From the human T2T-CHM13v2.0 reference genome, Homo sapiens: a stretch of 64,000 nucleotides of DNA. A program made the translations under genes and the position numbers. Below, piece after piece: positions 30,001-44,569 of the stretch. The notes beneath the pieces were generated by a model, which was not told the DNA's origin, did no database searches, and saw only the letters and a program-made list of their open reading frames with translations. The stretch lies in the NCBI RefSeq assembly GCF_009914755.1, contig NC_060930.1; one strand, written 5' to 3'. Position 1 is the stretch's first letter. Each line of letters starts with the position of its first letter.

Positions 30001-31085
30001 GAAGCATAATGGCCCAGTTTAGAAGATTATGAGCTTTACTATCAAAATTAGCTTGAATAGAAGTTTCAGTTATTTTGAAATCAAGGAAGGTAGAAATGCT
30101 GGAGATACAGACTTAGAAATTATCTGTAACACATAAGAGTTGACAAGTAACCCAAGAGTCTTTCCAAGTTCCCTCAGTACATATGGAAAAGATGTCACAC
30201 TTCTTGGCTTACCTATTCATAACTGTGCCCCGACATATTCATCCACTAATTTCCAACAAGCTATCCCTCTAACCAATTTGGCTTCATCACTTCAAACAAA
30301 CCTAGAGTATCTCCCCTTCATTATCACTCAATGTTCTATCTGAAATGCATTCTCCCTTCTCTCAACTTATTAATAATAATTTATCAAGCTCTAACAATGT
30401 TTGCGGAACCATTCTAAGTGTTTTACATGTATTAACTCATTTAATTCTCTCAACAATCCTAGGCGAGAGATCACGTCACTTGCTTAAGATGACACAGTAG
30501 CAGAACTAGGATTCAAACACAAGCAGTCTGGCTCCAAGGAGACTGTCAACTTGCTAATTAGTCCTTCAAAGCTGAGATCAAGTTCTGTCACCTTCCTGAA
30601 GTTCTCATTTGCTTAGCCTCTTGAGCCCTTAAGTAAACCACTCCTTTGCCACTTACCATTGGATCTAGGTTGTTAATTATCTTTTGTGCATATGTTCTGT
30701 CCTTTCTGAGAGCAGGATCATGTCCTGTTCATTTTGTTAACCCTACTTAGAACCTAGCAGAACTTAATAAATATCTGGAACACAGCAGTACTTATTAATG
30801 AAACTACACTAGTATTTAATATTTAGTGAAGACATACTAGGCGCTGAGCTAAGTGCTTTACATGTATTGTCTCATTTAATCCTCACAACAACCTTGAGGT
30901 AAGTGCTCATTTTGTCCCTCTCGCATGTTATAGTTGAGGAAACTGAGACTTACAGAAAATAAGTATCTTATCCCATACCACAAAGTGGTAGTGATAAGAT
31001 TCACTGAAGTCTTACACGAGTCTATACCATACTCTAGGCTGGGTGTGGTGGCTCACACCTGTAATCCCGGATTCTACGGATTCTA

Positions 31086-31408
<323 letters not shown>

Positions 31409-32730
31409 TCAATCCTAACAATTTAATTCAACTTGCACTTAGCAGCAGCAATACTTCAGCATTACTGAATGCTGTGGATTCAGAATTAGAAGTTCAGCTC
31501 TGCCTTCAAGAAACTCTCACAGTCCATTATGACTTCAGGATCAAACTTTTATCAGTGCAAAAGTCATCATCATCGAAACTTAGGATTTTAACTTATATTT
31601 TAGGGGCAAAATCAAAACAATCCTTGGAATTCTCTTCTACACCATTCCTTCTACCCTCAGGCTTGCCCACCCCCTCTAACCCTAGGACTCCTCTCTCCAG
31701 TTGCTGTATAACAGAGTAGAAGGGTCCTATTAATCCTAACAACTATTGGGACATCTGAATTTAAATCAGTAATAGCTTAGACTCAAGGGCCTATTTGATA
31801 AATTCCACAGTCATAATGAAATATGGGTAATGAAGGACAGCTGGACAAAAGCAGCAGCAAGAAGAGAAAAAGAGGGATTTGACGTCATAGTGTAAAGCAA
31901 ATAGAAAAAGAAAAGGCAAGAAAAGCAGGAGAGTGGATACAAATATTAATAGAAGGTGAAAGTAAGGGTCCAGGATAAATTCAGTGGAGAAACATAAATA
32001 AATCTAAATCCACTTTAGAAACGCTGACACCTTTAATTATTTCTTCTCCTAACCGCTATCGGAAACAGAAAAGTATGTATGAGAAACAGCCCCTGAAAAA
32101 TCATTAACTAGGAACAGCATATAAATCAGTTTTTTTTCCTGAGAAACCACTCATCTTAGAATTTCAGAACTGCAGAGGGACCTTAAGATACTACCTAAAA
32201 TCCAACCCACTCATTTTATAAATAAAGGCTCGGAATGGTTAAGTAATTTTAACACGCCCAAGATCATACAGCAACTTAGTGGCAACACTCCTGAATCTCA
32301 TTCCAGTGTCTAGTCCTACCATACCAGGCTTCCTAGGAATGGTTTATTTTTCTCTTTTTTCCACCCTTAATAATCATTAAATTATTTTCTGCATAAGCAT
32401 TTCCAAATCCCTATATTATCTGTAGTTCCATCAGAGAAAATAATCAGATGTTCTCAATTATCTAGGGCAATATAGTATTTCATTCCCTTATCCCCAAAGT
32501 CAGTAATTACTTAAACTGGGTCTTGGTTTGTACCAGGAGGAAATTTTAACATTTCCCAAAAGGGCAGAAATAAGAAAGAAATCTCCATAAACTGACCAAA
32601 AACAAGTAAAAACTACCACCCATTTGGAAAGGAATCAGGCCCAAGACCCCTGGAAGCTAGACAACTGCTAGTGGGAAGAACAAAGGAGATCACTTATAAT
32701 CTCATTTCTATTTTATCTCCTCCCAACTAA

Positions 32731-33049
<319 letters not shown>

Positions 33050-33566
33050 TAGCCAGAGTGGTCTCGATCTCCTGACCTCGTGATCCGCCCGCCTCGGCCT
33101 CCCAAAGTGCTGGGATTACAGGCATGAGCCACCACACCCAGCCCAGCAAAGGTGGATTTTTAAAGGGAACTATCTTGGTCAGGAAATATGAGACATGGGA
33201 TAAGAAGAGAGTCTTCAAATAAACCCAAAGAAAAGACCTGTACTTTCTCCCATGAAAACACTAGAAAGTCCTGAAAATGTGTTATATATACTCGGTTCAG
33301 CATTTCCCCTACTACAAAGCACTTGCAGGTATTCCGGGCTGGGGAGAATTCATCCTGGGCCACAGTCTGTGGTCTAAGAAAGTCTGCTGCTCAAACTCCT
33401 TGAAAAATCATGGGCACTGCCAGCCACCACTATTCACCAGGTTATCTGAGCTGAGTGATTTGGCAATCTTCCATATCACCTTGGTTTAAATATAATTATT
33501 ACCTAGGTCTTAAAAATGATGTGTCTGCCTAAAGGCTGACTGAAGCCTTTTTTTTTTTTAATTTAA

Positions 33567-33656
<90 letters not shown>

Positions 33657-35304
33657 TGACCCTCCCACCTCAGCCTCTTGAGTAGCTGGGACTACAGGCA
33701 CGCGCCCCCACACTGAGGCCTTCTCTGGAAGGGAAGAAAATGTCCTATTTTACATCGAGGGCATATCTTAATTTTGATATGTATGAAGTTCATTATAGAC
33801 TCGGGATAACATCCTGCTTTACCACATTAACCAAATTAGGACAAGTGTAGTGAAAATCAAAAGGACAAAAAGATAAAGAGACATAAAGTTAGAAACAAAA
33901 GAATTTAGTGACTCACTGAGTTTAAGAAGGAAAAGTCAAAATGACCAATAAGAATAGTGGAGTCATTAACAGCTGAAGAGGGAAGTCAGGAAGAGAAGTG
34001 TTTTGGCTGGAGGGAGTGGGGAGGGGTCATGTTGGTATACAGCTGCTACAGAGATGGTATTTAAATACGTTTCATTTCAAGACATAGACGAATATTTAGA
34101 CCTCAAGTTTAAACAGTGATGTAGGTTTGGGGCCTAAAAAAGAGGTGGCAGTTAAAGCACTGCAATGATGAAGGTTTTAGAGAAAGAAAAGGCAAAAGAA
34201 GAACATTTAGACAATTCCAGTATCTTAGGAATTGCATTCCTAAGATATTACACTAACCAAACTTTCCAGATGAACAGTACCTTATTCTACAGATACGGAG
34301 TACTTAAACTAATTTATTCTAATGAAAAGCATAAAAATTAATCCTTCTTTTTCTTTTCCAGGCTATGAATTGACAAAAAGCAGCTAAAGACAAAAACAGT
34401 TTCATAATTACCATTTGTCCAAAGTCAACCTCTGAGCTAAAACACAATGTTTTTTATGTTTCTCTACTTATAACAAAATTTCGGGAAAAAACTCAGAAAA
34501 AAAATTGGTACACCAATACTACCACTGTTTTATGATCTCTGTGAGAATTTAACAGTTTAAAAAAGCACATGGCTGGACACAGTGGCTCATGCCTGTAATC
34601 CTAACACTCTGGGAGGCCAAGGCAAGAAGACAGCTTGAGCCCAGGATTTTAAGACCAGCTTGAGCAACATAGTGAGACTGTGGCTCTACAAAAAAACTTA
34701 AAAATTAGCTGGTCATGGTGATGCATACCTGTAATCCCAGCTACTGTGGAGGCTGAGGTGGGAGGACTGTTTGTACTTAGGAGGTCAAGGCTGCAGCATG
34801 CTGTGATTTCACCACTGCATTTCAACCTGAGCAACAAGTAGGACCCTGTCTCAAAAAAATATATGAAATACAAATAACCAAAATGTCAGTAATTAATGAA
34901 TCTGGGGAATGGGTACATGGAGGTTCATTAAAGAATCTGGAGAGGAGGTATATGGAACTTCATTAGACAATTCTCTACGATTCTGTGTATGTATGCAACT
35001 TTCATAATAAAAAGTCTAAAAAGGTCTACTTACAGGTATACTTTTTAAATCCTATCTTCAGTTAAGGCTGACCATTCTAAACAAAATTCTGGCAGATACT
35101 TTTCAAAGAATGTTTTCTTCATTCTCGACTGATCAATTAAACACCATAGTGAAATGGACCATAAAAGGGGAAAAGGCCTATTCTGTCATTTCAGAGAAAT
35201 ATGAACATGTTTATTACATGGAAGAAGTTAGTCCTTTTATCCATGTTGATTGATATCAGACATCTGTCATTCTTCAAAGAATTATGTTTTTGTTGAAAAA
35301 TATA

Positions 35305-35700
35305 TAAGTTAAATGAGTAAAGAAAACATGGCATACACACACAACGGAATACTACTCAGCCATAAAAAAGGAATGAAATAATGTCTTTTACAACAACTTT
35401 GATAAAGCTGGATACATTATTCTAAGTGAACTAACTCAGGAATGGAAAACCAAATACTGCATGTTCTCACCTATAAGTGGGAGATAAACTATGAGTACAC
35501 AAAGGCATACAGAGTGATATAATGGATTCTAGAGACTCAGAAGAGGGCAGGGGAAAGGAATAAAAAACTACATATTGGGTAAAATGTGTATTACTCAGGT
35601 AACAGATGCACTAAAATCTCAGAATTCACCATGATATAATTCATCCATGTAACCAAAAACCACTTGTACTCCAAAGCTATTGAAATAAAAATATATTAAA
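35305..35700 (+). mobile_element. L1 3' end fragment (old L1PB/L1MA type)
   Basis: tactcagccataaaaaaggaatgaaataatg...atgttctcacctataagtgggag...aaagctattgaaataaaa. Confidence 0.75.
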
Positions 35701-35906
35701 TTTAAAAACTTATAAATAAAAATATATAGGTCATATAACTTTATTATTTTCATGAGTAAAGGCAAAATAAATGTTTATGTTGAATATCAATGATTAATTT
35801 GTTGAAGCATCTGGTTAGCCCTCCAGTTACTTCAAACATCTTCTACTCGACTATATGACCAAATAAAACAACTTTCTGATGTAGATGGAAAAAAAAAAAA
35901 GATTTA

Positions 35907-36047
<141 letters not shown>

Positions 36048-38886
36048 TTAATTAGCCAGACATGGTGGTGCACGCCTATAGTCCCAGCCACTCAGGAAAC
36101 TGAGGCAGGAGAATCATTTGAGCCCAGGAGTTCCAGGCTGCAGTGAGCTATGATCGCACTACTGCACTCCAGACTGGGCAACAGAATTAGACCCTGTTTC
36201 AAAAGAAAAAACAAAAAGAACCAATATCCATTAATTATGCCTAATACTAAATTGTAATGAACACATACTAAAAATTACATAAAATAAGTAGTAGAATTGG
36301 AAAGTTGAATTTTTTTAGCCATTATTGTTTAAGCTATGATTTAAATTGATTTAATCTAAATCAAATCACACTATTGAGGCTGTGGAAACATTAAATCTAG
36401 TAGACAGTGACAGATTTACCACTTACCAATGATCAAGAATAGTTTAGTTTACAAACACCAATGTCTTTCCTGCCTATGAAAAATAGCACCACCCAAAAAC
36501 AACAACCAGATTTGTATGCCTCCTCTTCTTTGGCTAAGTTCTAGGATAGTAAAAACTGTTCATGTCTTTGCAACAGCTAGCACATTGTAGGTATACAACT
36601 CTTTTAACAGAAACAGTCACAACTTCCAATTCCCAGAAAGCTATTGCTAGGTTTCAGTCACATTCCCTAGGTGACATGTGTAGGATAACAAAATAAAGCA
36701 GGTTTGCCTTGTAGGCAGTTCTACCTTGAATCGTTTTGAGGATCCTGTTTCTTCTAACAGAAACATGTCATGAGTCTTTAGTGAAAAGCAGTATAAATAC
36801 ATATACATGAAGACAAAAGACAGTCAACGATTCTTTTTCTCATCATTATTAAACCACTGGTTAATTCCTAACTGAGGTATTTCATGTTTTTTAGATAACA
36901 AGATCATCCTCATTTTCAACACTTTTTTTAGCTTTCTTTCCTTTATTAAAGTAAAATTTACATACTATAAAATCTTAAGTTTGAATCAATATGTTTGAGT
37001 AAATGTATATAACAATTGGCAAAACTGGATAAAGGTATACGGAAGCTCTTTGTACTAGTCTTGCAACTTTTCTGTAAGTTAAAAATTACATGAAAACGAA
37101 GTTACCCAAAAAGTATATAACTGAATTACCATCACCCAAGTCAAGCTACAGAATATTTCCATCATGCCAGAAAGTTTCCTTGTGCTCCTTTCCAGTCAAC
37201 CACAACCCCTACCCAGAGGCAACCACTGTCCTGATTTCTATCACCATACCTTAGTTTTGCCTGTTCTTGTATTTTTCATAAATGGCATCATAAACACTTA
37301 TACATACTCATCTGTGCCTGGCTTCTCTTGCTATGAACAGTATTTCTGAGATTCATCTATGTTGCTATGTGAATCAGTAGTTTATTCCTACTGTGAAAAA
37401 AGCTGCTATGACCCAGTCTTTTTGTGGGCATATATACTTATTCCTCTTGGTACAATAAGATTTCACAGAAAAAAAGTTTCGCATATAAATATGCCTGGGA
37501 AATAAGGCAGTATAGATAGATACTGCTATACACACATAAAACATATAGCAACCATATATACCATTATATATAATGTAAAAAAGATATTTGATATTTATAC
37601 ATATGTGTAATATATGTGTAATACACACACATACATAAGCTTGAATAATTCTGATCACGCCACTGCACTCCAGTCTGGGCGATAGAGTGAGACTGTCTCA
37701 AAAAAAAGAATTTATAAAGTTCATAGTGAAAGTAAATCTAAGATGGGAAAGATGAGCATCTCAATTTTTCTAAGTTTATGTCTTAACCTAACAATAACTC
37801 AAAAGAGAAACAAGTATCTCTCCATGTAAATTACCCTGTTAGGTTTCAATGAAACACCTTTTCTCTTGTAACAAACATCTCCTCCAAGCTAGAATTTCAA
37901 AACAGTGTTACCATCCACTAGGTAATAATTTTTATGCTAGCAACAAAACCCAAAATATGTGTTCAGATTACAAGACTGTTTTTATTGTCTTGCTTTTTTA
38001 AAAAAGTTAAACATGGAAAAACTTAATTAATTAATATCTAACATGGGTAAAGAACATTCCATGCTCATTCAGAATATATTCTGATGCAGACTCAATCTCT
38101 AAGATGTTTTCTCCATTCCAAAAAGTAACCTATCGCAGCATTATGTCCATGACTGGGACATCTTGACTTTCAAATTCACTGTGCAATTTTCAGCTAACAA
38201 TGGAGGAGGTTCTTTAGTTTCCAGAGATAGGAACACTGAGAACAAGTACAAATCTAACTTTTGAAAAGATCAATCTGAAATTTGCAACCCTGCTTTTGAT
38301 AATGAAATGACCATTTTCTGGGGACTCCTCATTTATAACATCTTTAAATTGCCAAGTTTAAAACAGAATGCTACAAATGATTCTAGAAATTTACCACTGC
38401 CCACTTAGGATTTGCAACTACAAAAGGGAAAAAACAACCCTCTTCCAGTCTGATTTTTCTTCATCTCTTATTCTTCTTTCCAAAAAACGAACAATTTCAA
38501 AAGGATACAATTCAAATGTACTACATTTTTAAGCCAGGCATGGTGGCTTGGGCCTGGGATCCCAGCACTTTGGGAGGCTGAGACAAGAGGATTGCTTGAG
38601 CCCAGGAGTTTGTGTCGAGGCTGCAGTTAGCCACCACACTTCAGCCTCGGTGACAGAGCAAGAAACAATCTCTTTTAAAAAAAAAAAAAAAGAAAAAAAA
38701 GTATATATATATATATCCCATTTCTTTTTTAAAAAAAGGTTAAAAACATACGTCAATCTCTTTAAAATGTATGTATGTGTCTGTGTGTATATATATGTCT
38801 CTTCCAATCTTTTTCTTAAAAAAAGTATAGAAATATATATCCCAAGCTCTTTCTTTAAAAAAAAAAGTGTGTGTGTATATATATAC

Positions 38887-38889
<3 letters not shown>

Positions 38890-38942
<53 letters not shown>
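38890..38942 (+). repeat. (TG)n microsatellite
   Basis: About 26 uninterrupted TG units. Confidence 0.95.
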
Positions 38943-38944
<2 letters not shown>

Positions 38945-39912
38945 TTGAGACTGGGTCTTGCTCTGTCCCCCAGGCTGGAGTATGGTGGCTCACTGCAGCA
39001 CTGAACTCCTGGGCTCAAGTGATTCTCTTGCTTCACCCTTCCAAAGTGCTGGGATCACAGATACAAGCTACCACACCTGGAGAACTTTATATTTTTTGTA
39101 GAAATGGGGTCTTACTATGTTGCCCAGGCTGGTCTCTAACTCCTGGGCTCAAGCAACCCTCCTGCCTTGGCTTCCCAAAGTGTTGAGGTGTTGACATTAC
39201 AGGTGTGAGACATCATGCCTGGTATATATATATACTTTTTTTTTTATTGAGATGGAGTTTCACTGTGTTGCCCAGGCTGGAGTGTAGTGGTGCAATCTCA
39301 GCTCATTCCAACCTCCACCTCCCAGGTTCAAGTAATTTGCTTGCCTCAGCCTCTTGAGTAGTTGGGACTAAGGGCATGCACTGCCATGACTGGCTAATTT
39401 TTTTTTTTTTTTTTTTTTTTTTTTAGTAGAGATGGGGTTTTGCCATGTTGGCCAGGCTGGTCTCCAACGCCTGACCTCCTGGCCTGGCCTATATTTTTAA
39501 TCTTATAAAACATTATCAGAATTTGGACATTCCTAGGCTGGGCATGGTGGCTCACACCTGTAATCCCAGCACTTTGGGAGGTCGAGGCAGGCGGATCACC
39601 TAAGATCAGGAGTTTAAGACCAGCCTGGCCCTGGCCAACATGGCAAAACCTCGTCTCTACCAAAAATACAAAAATTAGCTGGGCGTGGTGGTGTGTACCT
39701 GTAATCCCAGCTACTCAGGAGGCTGAGGCAGGAAGAATCGCTTGAACCAATGGAGGTTGCAGTGAGCGGAGACTGTACCGCTGCACTCCAGCCTGAGCAA
39801 CAGAGCAAGACCCTGTCTCAAAAAATAATAATAATAAAATAAAGAATTTGGACATTCCTTAGCTTTCACAGATGTGTGACTGTTTACTTAAAAACCCATT
39901 ATTTCACTTTGA

Positions 39913-40125
<213 letters not shown>

Positions 40126-40386
40126 TAGAGAGGAGGTTTCACCATGTTTCCCAGGCTGGTCTCAAATTCCTGGGCTCAAGCAATCCACGTGCCTTGGCCT
40201 CCCAAAGTGCTGGCATTACAGGCGTGAGTCACTGCACCTCGCCACCTTTTTCTAAGAAGAAAAACAGCCTTGATTAAGCCTTGATTTTGATAACAAAAAT
40301 GACAGCAACTCCAAACAACTACAATCACAATTTTCAATATCTTTTGACTGATTGTTTTAGAGAACTAAAATAAAATCTTATTCTTA

Positions 40387-40635
<249 letters not shown>

Positions 40636-41641
40636 TTAAAAGTTTTAAAAATTAGCCAGGTGTGGTGGTGTGTGCCTGTAACCCCAGCTACTTGGGAGGC
40701 TGAGGTGGGAGGATCACTTGAGACCAGGTGGTTGGGCAGGAGGATCTCTTGAGCCTGGGAAGTCTGCAGTGAGCCATGATGACACCACAGCACTCCAGCC
40801 TGGGCAATAAAGCAAGACCCCGACTCAAAAAAAAAAAGACTAGAAGTAAATACTAAATTAAGCATAAAATGTAGGTTCTCAAACTACTATAAGAAGTACA
40901 AATTATTTTGAGTAGTGGAATTTTAGTGTTCTAAATATTGTTAAAATATCCTTATTAATCTGTTAGTAACCTGCTAGTACATATGGCCCCACTGTAAATT
41001 ATTTTAGCCAGTCTCATTTGGCAGTACTGTCTTTTACATAGTAAATAAACATCTCATTTGCAAATTAAATTACACTTAAGTGGTTATTGTTTTAAATCAA
41101 TAGTTATGTGACATACATACCACCACCACCCAGTCGCTACTGAATGTAGATTTAATTTTCTTTATACTTTTGGGGATATGATGTCAGAATTTTAAAATGC
41201 ACTAAAATGTACTGCAGAAAAATTTAGAAATATAAAATACTTAAAAAACAAAATCTACTAATCAGCTAAGTTGTAAAGTTCAAATAGTTTCAGAATTATA
41301 AAATGCAGATATTTGTTAAACATGAATTACAAAATTTAGTGTGCCAATATGTATAATATAGATTATTCTTTAGGAATTATGAAAACTTATTTTAATTAAT
41401 GGTCTTTAGAGGAATTCTTCATGCCAGGTACAGCAAGCATATTACTGTTAAATAAAGCAATACTAGGCTAGGCGCGATGGCTCACGCCTGTAATACCAGC
41501 ACTTTGGGAGGCTGAGGCGGGTGGATCACCTGAGGTCAGGAGTTCGAGACCAGCCTGGCCAACATGGCAAAACCCCGTCTCTACTAAAAATACAAAAATT
41601 AGCCGGACATGGTGGCGCAGGCCTGTAGTGTCAGCTACTCA

Positions 41642-41746
<105 letters not shown>

Positions 41747-44497
41747 TCAAAAAAAAAAAAAAAAAAAAAAGCAAAACTAATGTCTATAATAGTGGCATTT
41801 GATCTAGCCTCAAAATTAGTTGTTTTAATGTAAGCCCTTGTTTTCTGTAGCTTCATTTATTTAAAAATACTTACTATCACCTCCAAACTCAAAAGGAGTT
41901 ATACCTGAGGGTAAATGGCTTTAAAAACACTCCCAATGTTTATTGTGTGGATTTGAGAATTCAACTTATGCTTAATTTTTGAAACTGAAATTGTAGTTGA
42001 TAATTTTATGATATCATCTATTACAAGTTAAAGTAGAGAAAAATCAGTAATTAAAATATCTAAAAACTAAATTTTAAAATGGGCTTTTAATTAAACCTAA
42101 AGTTAATAAAACTTTAACTTTTATAGTTAAAATACTAAAATACACATATGTAAATAAATTTATGAAATGCAACTTTATTGTATGTGGTTTATATACATAC
42201 ATCATCACAGAATAAGGACAATAAACAACTAATTATTAATAGTATTTTATATATTTAAGTACACTAAAGAGCAATTATATAAATGATAAAAAATAATGGA
42301 AGCTACAGTCTTATCCAGTTCCTTTCAACTATTTACATAGAATAAGCCCTCCGAACGTGAGGATGAATTATTGTTCAACCTATCCACACTAAACATCAAA
42401 AAGCCAACTTAGCTTTTAACAGCAGTAACTTCTTCTACAGGTATACAAACAGGATGTTCTTTCCTCTCCAGACTAATTCATCCTAAGCAGAGAAGCCTTT
42501 AGGAAACTAAACTGAACCCAAAATATGCATTATTTTCCAAGAATAAACAGATAACTAAAGATTTAATAAGTTGCCTAATGCAATATTTTAAGTTTTTCAT
42601 TTGAACTGATTAAAAATATGTTTTAAAAAAGAAATTCACCCAAAATTCCCATAACTAAAAGAATTAAAGACTCAGAAACATACAAAGACCTCATAGCTTG
42701 TTATGGAGAAATAAAACAATAAAGACCACTATATTCTTTTTAATCTAAAATAGTCACAATTATTGGTTGAAGAGTTGATGGTTCAATGGCGAACTCTTAT
42801 CAGCTATTAGCTAACTGTAATTACCTAGGCAAATAAGTAAAATGACCATTCAATGAATAATAAACTAGCATAATTAAATCAAGATTAGCAACTTTGTTCT
42901 TAACTTAAACTTAATCTCCGAAGTATAAATCTTACCTAATACAGATATCAACCAAGACACATTAGAAGAAAAAAACTGGGTAACTAAATAAAGTGTTTCT
43001 CACAAATAATGAGTATTAATAACCCTCGTTTTAAAAATGTCATTTGTATAGAATCTCTAAATTGGTCAGGGCCATAATTGCAGACTGTCAGGCAGAGGTC
43101 AGCTGGGGGAGAGACAAACAGAAAATGGTGAAGTGAAAGTATGACAATAAAAATTTCCCACCAGAATAAGAATTTTTTTCAAGTCGATTCTTGGCTTTTG
43201 ATTCAAACACCAAGAGAAGCAGCTCCCTTTAGAAAATTACTTTATAATTCTCTAAAGTAAAAACCCTTATGGAGGAGGTGGATAGAATCCCAGACTATTA
43301 AAAATACTTAACCAAAATATGCTTTAACTTTTCCCTTGTCCACAATCTAACAAAATGGGAAGACAATGAAAATAAACACTCCTGTCTACACTCAGAGAGG
43401 CAAAGAAAGCTCCCATTCAGTAGTAAGCCTTATTCCACTGGAAAACATACTCCTGAAAAGTAAATCCAAAACCACGAGCTCAAACTGCTTCATGCAGAAT
43501 TTACTGAACGGCGGCCAAACGCTGAACACACTGTCCTGAACCACACTGAAGGGTATCTACAATTCTGCATCTCCGCTTACAACTTGAAACTTACTACGCT
43601 TTCGCCACCACTGCAGAACCCGATTTTAGAGACTACGATGGTCCTGCCGGTTCGTTAATCGAAGAAAGCCACTCTGCACCCTGACGCTCGTAGTGTCTTT
43701 TTGGTAATACTGGTTTTTGACTCTTATACTGTGACCGGTGCACCTTTTTGGACGACCAATAAGGCGGAAGACGTTTTCACGTCCCAGAACAGAAGAGCAT
43801 AAGGAGCCCTGGCACAGCGTTCAGCCGCTTCGGTATGGCCTGGGAGTGACGCGGATCACCTGTTAGACGGCGCTGCGCGGACTCCTCCACAAGCGGCCGA
43901 CAGCGGCGATGCGGTTCCCCAACGCTTGTCCCGAGGCGGCAGGTGAAGGCGGGGACCGCCCGCCCACACCCGGAGCGCGGCCACCCCGCCACCATCCCCT
44001 TCACAGCCCCGCCAGGTGGGCGAATCCGCCCCGCGCCCGCGGCGTCCCGGCGCTCGGCTCGCCCTGGGGTCCGGTTGTCCCGGCGCCCGGACCCGAAAGC
44101 GAAGTTTGGCTCCCGCCCGCAGCGGTGCCGGCTGAGGGTCCGGCCGCCTGTCCGGGGAGAGCCGGGGGCCAGAGACCGGAGGCGGAGCGGGACCTGTCAT
44201 CCCGGGCGGGAAACAAAAGCCCAGTGAGGACGGGCGGGCGCGACCCGCCTCGCCTCTGCCGGGAGAGGCCGGCGGGGGCGGAGAGCGGCGCCCGCGGTCA
44301 CTAGTCTCCGCGCCTCCCGCGGGGAGCACCGGCCCCGCGGCCCCTGGGGCGCGGCGAGGGGCGCCGCAGTGGGGCCGAGGCCTCCCGCGCGCTCCCCTCG
44401 AGGCTTCCGGACCCCGCTCCCCCGCGACACGCGGCTCCTGGGCTGCGAAGCCGCGTGGGGGTGGGAGCTGAGGCAGCGAGTGCGACCGCGGCGGGAC

Positions 44498-44569
44498 CTG
44501 GAAGGAGGGCGTTCGGCTCCCGGGGCGCCGCGGCCGGCCGCCCCATCTCCGCGGCCATGGCGCCGGTAC
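44498..44569 (-). other. FKBP5: Alternative 72-nt extension of exon 1 (second 5' splice site CCAG|GTCCCG)
   Basis: GT at 44497-44496, exactly 72 nt downstream of the first donor, in a similar CAG|GT context. I recall a RefSeq variant with a longer exon 1; not verifiable here. Confidence 0.6.

Noticed and set aside
38666-38890. Repeat-spacer-like periodicity as a CRISPR-like array
   Set aside because: Units are degenerate low-complexity Alu-tail derivatives in human DNA, with no constant repeat and no cas genes.
38529-39186. 212-aa and 154-aa ORFs with VCVC/HTHT runs
   Set aside because: Stop-free reading through (TG)n and Alu sequence.
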